Source: Octopus vulgaris (lineage: Eukaryota). Taken from it: DNA of 64,000 nt. The position numbers and the translations under genes were made by a program. The notes under the pieces are model-generated. The model saw nothing but the letters and a program-made list of their open reading frames with translations, was not told the DNA's origin and did no database searches. Below, piece after piece: positions 28,527 to 40,900 of the stretch (positions within the stretch are counted from its first letter, which is position 1; each line of letters starts with the position of its first letter). The stretch covers positions 82,894,001 to 82,958,000 of the forward strand of contig OX597827.1 in NCBI GenBank assembly GCA_951406725.2. Reading direction: 5' to 3'.

Positions 28527-29370
28527 GAAATATTAAAATTACTAAGTCTCTCTAAAAGAGATTACAGCAGCGTTACTGGAAATTAATTGTTATCACCATA
28601 TTAATATGACAGTCTTAAGGCGATGGCCTCATGGAGCTAATCAGCAACAGCTTTAGTCTTATATCTATAAGACTGTCATATTAATATGGCGATAACAATT
28701 AATTTATATATATATATATTTATGTCAGGTCACTTTCGAGTGCTACTGGTAACATACAACCCAGTACAACCTGTTGCATGGTTGGGTCGTCGGCGACTAA
28801 ACCAGCAACCCCACCAAGCTTGCTTGGTGAGGAGGGTGTTTATTGGACACCCTGCGGGATGAAAAGCAAAACCCCTCAAAGGGCGGAGGAACTCTTGAGA
28901 GTCAACAGCTATCCAATATACGTCTTAAGGCTGTATCATGCATGGGGACATAGAAATAATCGGACTGAATACCCGATCGCACGGTTAAACCATTGGGAGT
29001 GAAGGACTCCTAGCCTTTGTTAGGGCATCCTTCTAGGAGAAGGTAACTCAGGTAACTGGGATAACTCCGACATAAAACCTGCGGTTACCGATGATGTTGA
29101 CTTGTTATTCTGTTCAGATTATGACTACTGTTGCTTAGTGAGTGGGATTGACTCAGTGCACAGCCTTTCCTCACTTTAAAAAAAATCCTCTTGCACAGGC
29201 ATTGCACAATAACAACATTGATTAAGCTTCGTGCAATGGCCATACTCGATAACGAGGGGGCAGCCACCATATATATATATATGTATATATCCCGGGTTGA
29301 TTCGGGGTTAACCACAGTAAGTAAGGTACTCAATACATAGCAGAGTAAAATTAATTTATTATATAGAAGG

Positions 29371-29421
29371 AGCTTCTACAGGACTAGTACTGTTTCATTC
29401 AAGAGAAATCTTCAGGAAGCT
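29371..29421 (-). ncRNA. Type I hammerhead ribozyme (Penelope pLTR)
   Basis: AGCTTC CTGAAGA TTTC-TCTT-GAAT GAAA CAG-TACTAGTC-CTG TA GAAGCT: intact core, stems I-III, GUA cleavage triplet. Confidence 0.85.
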
Positions 29422-29810
29422 ATTTAACAAGAATTGTATTAGCATTTATACATTTAGAGGAGTGGTGGTGGGGGACTTTTTGGGGGTAGGCATAGCGCAA
29501 AATATCATACTTGGGGGAGTGGTCAAGGTAATAAAAAAATAAAAAAATAAAAAATAAAAAAATAAAAAGATAAAATAAAAGAATAAAAATAAAAAATATA
29601 AAAAATATAAAAAATATAAAAAATATAAAAAATATAAAAAATATATATAAAAAATATATAAAAAAATATATATATAAAATATATATATAAAAAATATATA
29701 TATATAAAAAAAGGGGGGATAGAGTTATAGGTAAATAAGGAGATTCTCACTTATACCTATACACACATGTATACGTATCTACACACACATACGCACATAC
29801 ACATATATCT

Positions 29811-29869
<59 letters not shown>

Positions 29870-30332
29870 CATACCTACACATACACACATACATACATAC
29901 AAATATACATATACATATATATATATACAATCCAATACAGGCCCATTCCCTAATTTTAATTTTATTATCTTCATTTATTACTTTTGTTATCTTTGATCGC
30001 TAAGGCTAAGAATCCTGGCAATAGCTGCTTGTCCATTTGTCTGTCTACTAGAAGGCAAGTACTCATTCCCGCACGCACACTCATTAGCACGTACATTCAC
30101 CCATTCGTACACTCATACACATACACGTACGCACGCGTTATATTCATACATACAAACATCTACATACGTTCACGTATATACACATACGTACTCGTACCTA
30201 CAGATTCGTGTCTACACTTTAGGAGGCTAGTCTATACATATACACCAATAAATATACATATATATATATATATATATATACCCGCATATACATACACACA
30301 CACACATATATACTCCTACATACAGATACATA

Positions 30333-30372
<40 letters not shown>

Positions 30373-30568
30373 TACATATATATATACATACATACACATA
30401 CATACACATACACACATACACACACATACATACACATATATATACATACACAAACATATATACACACACATATATATACATACACACATACACACATACA
30501 TACGTATACATACCTACATACATCTATACATCCATACTTACATGCATTTATACGCATACACACACCCA

Positions 30569-30611
<43 letters not shown>

Positions 30612-30898
30612 TCACACATACATATACAAATCTACGCACACACATACATACATACACGTATACGCATACACGCACATACACATATACATGCGTACCCATA
30701 CACGTGCACACACGCACGCGCATCCATATAAATACACACACACACATATATATATACACGTGTGCAAGCATACATACATACTCATACGCGCACACATACT
30801 TACAAATACATATATGCACACACTTACACACATATATATACATACACATATACATGCATACATACATATATGCATACATACACACACGCACTCATATA

Positions 30899-30968
<70 letters not shown>

Positions 30969-31031
30969 TATACATACATAGACATATATACACATACATA
31001 CACATACACATACGTACACACACATATACAC

Positions 31032-31071
<40 letters not shown>

Positions 31072-31594
31072 ACGCATACATATATACACATATACATACA
31101 TATACATACACACACACATAAATATATACATATACACTGATACACATACCCATACATACACATGCATATACTTATATTACTACATACTCACATATATAGA
31201 CATATATACATATACACACATACATATATACATGTACATACACATACGCATGCATATATATATATATATACATACATATATATACACATATATATATATA
31301 TATATATATACATACATACACACACACACACACATACATATACACATATACATGTATACATACGCAAAAATGATACGCATATATACACATACACACACAC
31401 AGACAGATGCATATACATACATATATATATATACAAACTACATATCTATATAAATACATACATGATACACATATACACACACATATATATACATTCATGC
31501 ATATACATATACAAGTATACATACACAAACATACACACACACGCGCACACATACATATACACACACACATATACAAATACATACATACACACAT

Positions 31595-31632
<38 letters not shown>

Positions 31633-32318
31633 ATACATGTACACATATACATATGTATATATATATCAACAAGGGGGGTAAAGTTAATTAGTTATTAATC
31701 AATTTCATCAAGTGTTCAGTATGTAAAGGGACCATTATTATTTTGAGTAAACAATGTTAGAGGGAAAAAAATTCTCTAAGTAGTGGAAGAGGCTAAAAAA
31801 CTTTATTGGCTGCTATTTCTAGAAAGTTTAGTATGTGGCAAAGTAATTTATTTTATTTTCCTAAGCCCTAATTATATAATATTTTATACATACATACACA
31901 TACATAAGCACATACATTTACACATACATATGCATATACATATATACACATATACATACAAACACATATACACATATACACACACACACACATACAAGCA
32001 CATACATATATATATACATATATATACACATATATATACACATATATATATATATATATATATACATGCAAACATATATACATATATATTTTTTTACATG
32101 CATACATACACACACACACACATAATACATGCGTATATTCCTACTGTACCCATGCATTTCTATACATATATACATACATACATACGATACACATATACAA
32201 GCGTGCACATATAATATGCGTGCACATATAATATGTGAAAGGTCTTAGGAGAAAAGGTAATCGGGGGTGCTAGGGGAACAGTGGGGTTGGGGGGGGGTTG
32301 TAGGGGGGGGGGTTGTCA

Positions 32319-33409
32319 TCAATCAGGTTGCCGGGTAGGTCTATAGTTCTTGTAGTTCGCATACTTCTTATGCATACAGTTTGGGGAGTGTTCTGAAAAT
32401 TTGTTAAGGAGAGGGCCTTTGGCGAACAAGATCTCTAGGCTCTCTGATATGCATAGGTCACAGCAGGTATGTCCTCCTGTGTACGAGCGCGCCTTCTGTA
32501 GTAGTTTCCACTTGGTCTTGAAGGGGATTGAGTTCCTTTTAAGGTACCAGATGTGGGCGGCGAGGGTAGTTTGGTTGGATTTATCCTGTCGCCGGAACGA
32601 GTGTGTATGTGCATACCAGCGGGTCTTAAAGCTGTTTGACGTCATTCCAATGTAGGATTTACTTTTATCGTCAAGGCCTGATCTTACCTCGCATTTATAT
32701 ACTAGGTCCCTCTGTAGGCAGTTGTTGTTGAGGGGGCAGGTGGTTTTATCATGGCAGTTGCAATTGCTATCGGACGTTGGATGGGCCCCGGAGAAAGTAG
32801 ATATGTTAAGTTTTTTCACATTGTTGTTGGCTAAGTTCCTGGCTAGGTTGGGCGTGGTAGAGTAGGAGAGTCTAATAGTGTTCTTATTTAGGATAGTGTA
32901 GTACTTATGTTGGGTGGGGAAGTGTTTCTGTAGGAGAGTGAAAAAGATCTTAGCTACAGGTGTAGCGACCTCACGGTTGAAGGGGGGTTATACCAGCTAA
33001 TGTGTCTTCGTCTATTTTTCCTGGGTTGGCGTGGGGCTATACTAGTGTAGGTAATCTTATCTTTAAAACCACTGCGGGCCAGGGCCTCGTTGTAATAGGG
33101 GGCTGCGGCCTTAAAGATATCTTCCGTGGCGGACAGGCTAGAGATTCTAATTGAGACACTTTTTACTAGGTTATCTAATATATTTCTGGGGTGGTTGGAA
33201 TTGATATCTATATATCTAAGGGATTCATTTGGTTTGTGGTACGGGTAATAAAGTGAGGTTTTTAAGTCGAGGGTGACATCTAGGAAGTTAGCCTTAGTTA
33301 AGTTGGATTCTAGGGTAATCCTAAGGCCTAAGTTTTTAAAGAAGGTGTGAAGATTTTTCCGGAACCCATCCGTGGTCCTGGGGTTTATATTGTGGAGGGC
33401 TGTATCCAA
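32319..33409 (-). pseudogene. Penelope-like (Naiad) RT C-terminus plus GIY-YIG endonuclease, truncated, one frameshift
   Basis: NFLDVTLDL..YYPYHKPN..YI..NSNHP...WYNPP, then (after +1 nt at the G6 run 32982-32987) FNREVATPVAKIFF...LSYSTTPNL...CNCHDKTTCPLNNNC..LVY..YIGMT..FKTRW..H...CDLC..E...LLN. Confidence 0.9.
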
Positions 33410-33485
33410 TGGGCCTGTATTGGATTGTATATATATATATGTATATGTATATTTGTATGTATGTATGTGTGTATGTGTAGGTATG

Positions 33486-33552
<67 letters not shown>

Positions 33553-33941
33553 AGATATATGTGTATGTGCGTATGTGTGTGTAGATACGTATACATGTGT
33601 GTATAGGTATAAGTGAGAATCTCCTTATTTACCTATAACTCTATCCCCCCTTTTTTTATATATATATTTTTTATATATATATTTTATATATATATTTTTT
33701 TATATATTTTTTTATATATATTTTTTATATTTTTTATATTTTTTATATTTTTTATATTTTTTATATTTTTTATTTTTATTCTTTTATTTTATCTTTTTAT
33801 TTTTTTATTTTTTATTTTTTTATTTTTTTATTACCTTGACCACTCCCCCAAGTATGATATTTTGCGCTATGCCTACCCCCCAAAAAGTCCCCCACCACCA
33901 CTCCTCTAAATGTATAAATGCTAATACAATTCTTGTTAAAT

Positions 33942-33992
33942 AGCTTCCTGAAGATTTCTCTTGAATGAAACAGTACTAGTCCTGTAGAAGCT
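33942..33992 (+). ncRNA. Type I hammerhead ribozyme (inverted pLTR copy)
   Basis: Identical reverse complement of 29371-29421. Confidence 0.85.
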
Positions 33993-34003
33993 CCTTCTAT
34001 ATA

Positions 34004-34047
<44 letters not shown>

Positions 34048-34052
<5 letters not shown>

Positions 34053-34840
34053 TGAAAAGCAGGAGTGAGGTGTTTAATCCTTTCCTGCATGAAAGGAAGT
34101 ACATTCTATCATATCTGCACATCCCACCATGACTGAGATGTGCAGATACGAGGCAGGGGCTCCCACAGGGGATCCCCTACTTCGACCTTCCACAAACAAC
34201 TTTCCATCAATGCCCTTGACCCAGCAAAAAGAGTTTAACCAAAGCATGCACCAATGCATCCATGTATACACACGACCACCCCTACAAAGTGGACACCTCA
34301 CAAACAACTATCCCCGTCACTCCCAATACATAGCCCCGCATATACACAGACACCACATACACACATTACACATTACACACTGCACCCTAATATAACCATC
34401 CCATGACTTTATCTTTTACAGAAAGAAAACAGACCAGTGAACCCAGCTATATATACTTACACCCCTGGAAAGAGTTATACATATGACACCCCTACACATA
34501 TCACACACCCCATCCCTGCAGTGATACCACATTGATAATACACACTTACCCCACTTCAAGATAGGTCATACCAGCTTCCCAGCATACCCAACCAAGTGAC
34601 ATAACTCCTTACCCAATTCCCTGGACCCTTTTTCATTTCAACACCTTTTACACAGCAGCTGCTGACTGGTTGTGCTAATAAACCTTTGACAATAGAGAGC
34701 AGTTGCCGTATTCCTTTCTATATCGGCTATCTCTGATGAGCATAAAGTTATATAATCGGATTGTTACCTAACACTCCATTGTATTCTTTACGCGAAACTG
34801 ATCCGTAAGATCAGCCATGATGGATAATTAATACTATTTA
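34048..34840 (+). mobile_element. Second Penelope-like element 3' end (pLTR)
   Basis: Starts with LKSRSEVFNPFLHERKYILS, resembling the GIY-YIG terminal LNxRSE..CxH segment; ends with a hammerhead; flanked by (TA)n. Confidence 0.7.
34725..34816 (+). ncRNA. Type I hammerhead ribozyme with long loop II
   Basis: GGCTATCT CTGATGA GCATAAAG...CTTTACGC GAAA C-TGATCC-G TA AGATCAGCC. Confidence 0.75.
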
Positions 34841-35135
34841 TATATATATATATATATATACCTATGTATGTATGTATATATATTTTTATATGTGTGTGTG
34901 TGTGTTTGTGTCTGTGTTTGTCCCCCATCACCACTTGACAACCTGCATTGGTGTGTTTGTGTCCCTGTAACTTAGCAGCAAAAGAGACTGATAGAATAAG
35001 TACTCGGCTTAAAAAGTAACCAGGATTTGTTCAACTAAAACCCTTTGAAGTAGTTCTCCAGTCTAAATGACTGAAACAAGTAAAAGAATAAAAGATTGAG
35101 AGAGAGAGAGAGAGAGAGGGAGGGAGAGAGAGAGA

Positions 35136-35175
<40 letters not shown>

Positions 35176-36267
35176 TATTTGAATGAGTGAAATTATTAAG
35201 CGTGGTAAAGATTTTTTTTTATGATGAAATTAAAAATTTCGTCTGCTATTCTGCCAGTGATTGATAAATTTTTTTCATCTTTTAGAAAATCCAGTAATTG
35301 GAATTTAGTCACTCCAGTTTTATAATTTCAAAACCCACTGCTTTTCCATTCAGCGCTTGTTACTTCAGGCGCACCCTCACCTAAAGCTTAATCCACCAAA
35401 GCGAACGAACACACATACACACGCATACTTGCCACTGGTTCTGTATTCTAGCAGTTATCTAACGTAAGGGAAACAACTCTTAAATAATGCTATTTTCGTA
35501 GCCCAAAGCCACCAGTTTCGATTCTACCAGATTCGAGTCTACTTTAACAGGCAAATATTTCATTTATATGATAGTTATTTGATCAATGGCAGAAGGACGA
35601 AAGATCAAAATGCACCTTGGACTCATAACGTAGAGACATGTAACTAAATGCCACACGGTATTTCGTTCAATCTTCTCCATCCAGTGTGTAAAGGTTTTTC
35701 TTGTTTATCACTTTTATGTAAATAAGCAAATAACGAATAGTTAATTCTCAATGCTAATAAACAACTCAGTTTTCGAATGTAATCATTAATTTCCGTAAAA
35801 ATGTTCATTTCTTCATGCTTTGAAGAGAGCAGAAATTGAAGGAGAAAAGAAAGTGAAATGGTGACATATGCTTTGGAGTGAGAGTAGAAAGTGAAGGGGA
35901 AGAAAAAGAGAATGATGTATGTACGTGTATATGAAATGGATGTGTGTGTGCATGCATGTGCATGCGCATGTATATGTGCATGAGAGAGAGAGTGAGTGAG
36001 TGAAGGTGTGTGTTGTCATGTATGTATTTTTTTTGCATGCATGTGTAAGTGGCACTCACTCAGTCTCTCTCTCTCTCTCCCACATACACATTACCTTTCA
36101 TATATACGTACATAAATACATATGCATACATCAAAACTATTGAAAAGGTTGCAATATGCAACGAAAATTTTAGGAAAATAAAAATAAGAAAAAAAGTGGA
36201 AATTTCACCGGTGAGTGTGTTACATTATAAGGCACAAAAAGAAAATGATTCTCCCCAGACACAACAG

Positions 36268-36397
<130 letters not shown>

Positions 36398-36399
36398 TA

Positions 36400-37959
36400 T
36401 GAATTTAAGGTTAAAGTGATATACTAAGGGGATATTATTTTAATATAATGCATATGAGAGATAAGTTATTACAAATTTATTTTAAAAGACCCTTATAAAA
36501 TATTACATGTATAAGTCTAACTAGGGAAATCATTAATATATTTACTAACTTATATGGGTACCATATGGTTAAAAATACATGCCGGAAGCCAGTCGGACCA
36601 AACTCAAAGGAGGGATAAAACATCAAAAGTGACCGTATATATTGTCTCAAAGTGTTTATTTTGGGTGTAAAATTACGCTCAAAATTCCTTCAAATCTATT
36701 ATATCTGACAAAATGCCTAAAATGCAAGATTCCAAGTAATATTGTTAAGTCAATTAATTAATAAACCCCTAAGTCATTTAGTCCTTCAAAATATCTATCC
36801 ATCTATTTATTTATCTAATTACTTTTAATGTTATATTTAAAAGATGCCGTGGAGTTCGGGGTTTATTTATAAATAAAACCAAGGGAGGTAGCTCTAGATT
36901 TAATTAGCTCAACTTATTAATCAGCCAACCAATCAATTAAATTATGAATTCATTAATTGATTAACTAATTAATCAATCAATCAATCCAACCATTGGTTCT
37001 ATAATGGGGTTGCATATCATAGTCTATATTCATATACATAATCATCACCATCATCGTTTAATATCCGCTTTCCACACTAGTATGGGTTGGACGGTTCATC
37101 TGGTGTCTGGGAAGCCAGGAGGCTGCACCAGGCACCAGTCTAATCTGGCAGTGTTTCTACAGCTGGATGCCCTTCCTAACGGCAACCACTCCGTGAGTGT
37201 AGTGGGTGCTTTTTATGTGCCACCAGCACAGGTGCCAGGGAAAGCTGGCAGTGGCCATGATCGGTTGGTGCTTTTTATGTGCCACCAGCATGGAAGCCAG
37301 TCAGGACAGCGCTGGCATCGGCCACATTCGGATGGTGCTTTTTACATACCACCGGCACAGGTATCACAACTACAATTTCCATTTGATATTTATTTCGATA
37401 TATAAATGCAGAAGTAGTATCTATAGTAATAAATACTCCCGTATACATGTATGTATATAATTATATAATTATATCTAACTTAATATATACCTTCATTTAT
37501 ATATATATGTATATATATATCTGCATAATTATCCCATATTACATAATACAATATAATATAGTAACAATGGTTAACTCTAAATAATTATTATTATGTCAGT
37601 TGGGGTATTTTAATACTAGGTTCTATATGTATTTGGAAAAGGTATACCCAATTCTATGAAGACAGAAAACTTTATGTCCCTTAAAGTTGTTAATAAGCGG
37701 AAGTTTAGCCCCAATTAGAAAAAGTATTTCATTAAAGCATAATAAACATTTTCTATTTTTATTATTGTACGCAGGTGCTGATATTAATTTGTAAATTATA
37801 ATTAATTCCCCCATTCTTAAGTTCCCATATGTAACTACTTAACCCTGTAGAATTTCTCCTATTTCTGTTTCTAAATGTAAAGTTGCAACAATTAAGTCTC
37901 TGTTTCATATTGTTTTTTGTTGCACCCACGTATAACTTACTATCATATTGTATACGGTT
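36400..37959 (-). mobile_element. Old Penelope-like element 3' part (GIY-YIG remnant 37623-37959), interrupted by an RTE-tail repeat
   Basis: Minus strand SKLYVGATKNNMKQRLN...RRNSTGLSSYIWELKNGGINY / APAYNNKNRKCLLCFNEILFL..LINN...CLHR. The 3' extent is inferred. Confidence 0.75.
37040..37390 (-). mobile_element. RTE-tail repeat
   Basis: catcatcgtttaatatccgctttcca...gtttctacagctggatgcccttcctaac... Confidence 0.8.
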
Positions 37960-40900
37960 CTACCTCTTCATACTTCACCACCTCATCCCAGGTCTTCCTG
38001 GGTCTACCTCTTCATGCTTCACCACCTCATCCCAGGTCTTCCTGGGTCTACCTCTTCATGCTTCACCACCTCATCCCAGGTCTTCCTGGGTCTACCTCTT
38101 CATGCTTCACCACCTCATCCCAGGTCTTCCTGAGTCTATCTCTTCATGCTTCACCACCTCATCCCAGGTCTTCCTGGGTCTACCTCTTCATGCTTCACCA
38201 CCTCATCCCAGGTCTTCCTGGGTCTACCTCTTCATGCTTCACCACCTCATCGCAGGTCTTCCTGGGTCTACCTCTTCATGCTTCACCACCTCATCCCAGG
38301 TCTTCCTGAGTCTATCTCTTCATGCTTCACCACCTCATCCCAGGTCTTCCTGGGATACCTCTTCATGCTTCACCACCTCATCCCAGGTCTTCCTGGGTCT
38401 ACCTCTTCATGCTTCACCACCTCATCCCAGGTCTTCCTGGGTCTACCTCTTCATGCTTCACCACCTCATGCCAGGTCTTCCTGAGCCTATCTCTTCATGC
38501 TTCACCACCTCATCCCAGGTCTTCCTGGGTCTACCTCTTCATGCTTCACCACCTCATCCCAGGTCTTCCTGGGTCTACCTCTTCATGCTTCACCACCTCA
38601 TCCCAGGTCTTCCTCGGTCTATCTCTTCATGCTTCACCACCTTATCCCAGGTCTTCCTCGGTCTATCTCTTCATGCTTCACCACCTCATCCCAGGTCTTC
38701 CTGGGTCTACCTCTTCATGCTTCACCACCTCATCCCAGGAATTCCTGGGTCTATCTCTTCATGCTTCATCACCTCATCCCAGGTCTTCCTCGGTCTACCT
38801 CTTCATGCTTCACCACCTCATGCCAGGTCTTCCTGAGTCTATCTCTTCATGCTTCACCACCTCATCCCAGGTCTTCCTGGGTCTACCTCTTCATGCTTCA
38901 CCACCTCATCCCAGGAATTCCTGGGTCTATCTCTTCATGCTTCACCACCTCATGCCAGGTCTTCCTGAGTCTATCTCTTCATGCTTCACCACCTCATCCC
39001 AGGTCTTCCTGGGTCTACCTCTTCATGCTTCAGCACCTCATGCCAGGTCTTCCTGAGTCTATCTCTTCATGCTTCACCACCTCATCCCAGGTCTTCCTGG
39101 GTCTACCTCTTCATGCTTCACCACCTCATGCCAGGTCTTCCTGAGTCTATCTCTTCATGCTTCACCACCTCATCCCAGGTCTTCCTGGGTCTACCTCTTC
39201 ATGCTTCACCAACTCATCCCAGGAATTCCTGGGTCTACCTCTTCATGCTTCACCACCTCATGCCAGGTCTTCCTGAGTCTATCTCTTCATGCTTCACCAC
39301 CTCATCCCAGGTCTTCCTGGGTCTACCTCTTCATGCTTCACCACCTCATCCCAGGTCTTCCTGGGTCTACCTCTTCATGCTTCACCACCTCATCCCAGGT
39401 CTTCCTGGGTCTACCTCTTCATGCTTCACCACCTCATCCCAGGTCTTCCTGAGTCTATCTCTTCATGCTTCACCACCTCATCCCAGGTCTTCCTGGGTCT
39501 ACCTCTTCATGCTTCACCACCTCATGCCAGGTCTTCCTGAGTCTATCTCTTCATGCTTCACCACCTCATCCCAGGTCTTCCTGGGTCTACCTCTTCATGC
39601 TTCACCACCTCATCCCAGGAATTCCTGGGACTACCTCTTCATGCTTCACCACCTCATCCCAGGTCTTCCTGGGTCTACCTCTTCATGCTTCACCACCTCA
39701 TCCCAGGAATTCCTGGGTCTACCTCTTCATGCTTCACCACCTCATCCCAGGAATTCCTGGGTCTACCTCTTCATGCTTCACCACCTCATCCCAGGTCTTC
39801 CTGGGTCTACCTCTTCATGCTTCACCACCACATCCCAGGAATTCCTGGGTCTACCTCTTCATGCTTCACCACCTCATCCCAGGAATTCCTGGGTCTACCT
39901 ATTCATGCTTCACCACCTCATCCCAGGTCTTCCTGGGTCTACCTCTTCATGCTTCACCACCTCATCCCAGGAATTCCTGGGTCTACCTCTTCATGCTTCA
40001 CCACCTCATCCCAGGAATTCCTGGGTCTACCTCTTCATGCTTCACCACCTCATCCCAGGTCTTCCTGGGTCTATCTCTTCATGCTTCACCACCTCATCCC
40101 AGGTCTTCCTGGGTCTAACTCTTCATGCTTCACCACCTCATCCCAGGAATTCCTGGGTCTACCTCTTCATGCTTCACCACCTCATCCCAGGAATTCCTGG
40201 GTCTACCTATTCATGGTTCACCACCTCATCCCAGGAATTCCTGGGTCTACCTGTTCATGCTTCACCACCTCATCCCAGGAATTCCTGGGTCTACCTCTTC
40301 ATGCTTCACCACCTCATCCCAGGTCTTCCTGGGTCTACCTCTTCATGCTTCACCACCTCATCCCAGGTCTTCCTGGGTCTACCTCTTCATGCTTCACCAC
40401 CTCATCCCAGGTCTTCCTGGGTCTACCTCTTCATGCTTCACCACCTCATCCCAGGTCTTCCTGGGTCTACCTCTTCATGCTTCACCACCTCATCCAAGGA
40501 ATTCCTGGGTCTACCTCTTCATGCTTCACCACCTCATCCCAGGTCTTCCTGGGTCTACCTCTTCATGCTTCACCACCTCATCCCAGGTCTTCCTGGGTCT
40601 ACCTCTTCATGCTTCACCACCTCATCCAAGGAATTCCTGGGTCTACCTCTTCATGCTTCACCACCTCATCCCAGGAATTCCTGGGTCTACCTCTTCATGC
40701 TTCACCACCTCATCCCAGGTCTTCCTCGGTCTATCTCTTCATGCTTCACCACCTTATCCCAGGTCTTCCTCGGTCTATCTCTTCATGCTTCACCACCTCA
40801 TCCCAGGTCTTCCTGGGTCTACCTCTTCATGCTTCACCACCTCATCCCAGGAATTCCTGGGTCTATCTCTTCATGCTTCATCACCTCATCCCAGGTCTTC

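Larger units (their letters stand above)
29291..34009 (-). mobile_element. Naiad-type Penelope-like retroelement, 5'-truncated, with inverted pLTR copy
   Basis: RT thumb, linker and GIY-YIG ORF at 33409-32319; ~3-kb microsatellite-rich 3' region; 29354-29947 repeated in inverted orientation at 33408-34009; hammerheads in both copies; (TA)n flanks. Confidence 0.9.

Noticed and set aside
29750-32220. Long YI/HT/VC-rich ORFs here and at 14.5, 16.4, 21.8, 23.5, 56.4 and 61.1 kb
   Set aside because: Translations of microsatellites; no coding evidence.
32319-32819. Selenocysteine-type Naiad element
   Set aside because: The linker and endonuclease cysteines are ordinary Cys codons and there is no in-frame TGA before the terminal stop.
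36490-36545. Possible hammerhead at the 3' end of the old Penelope copy
   Set aside because: Core nucleotides CUGANGA and GAAA are not recognisable enough.
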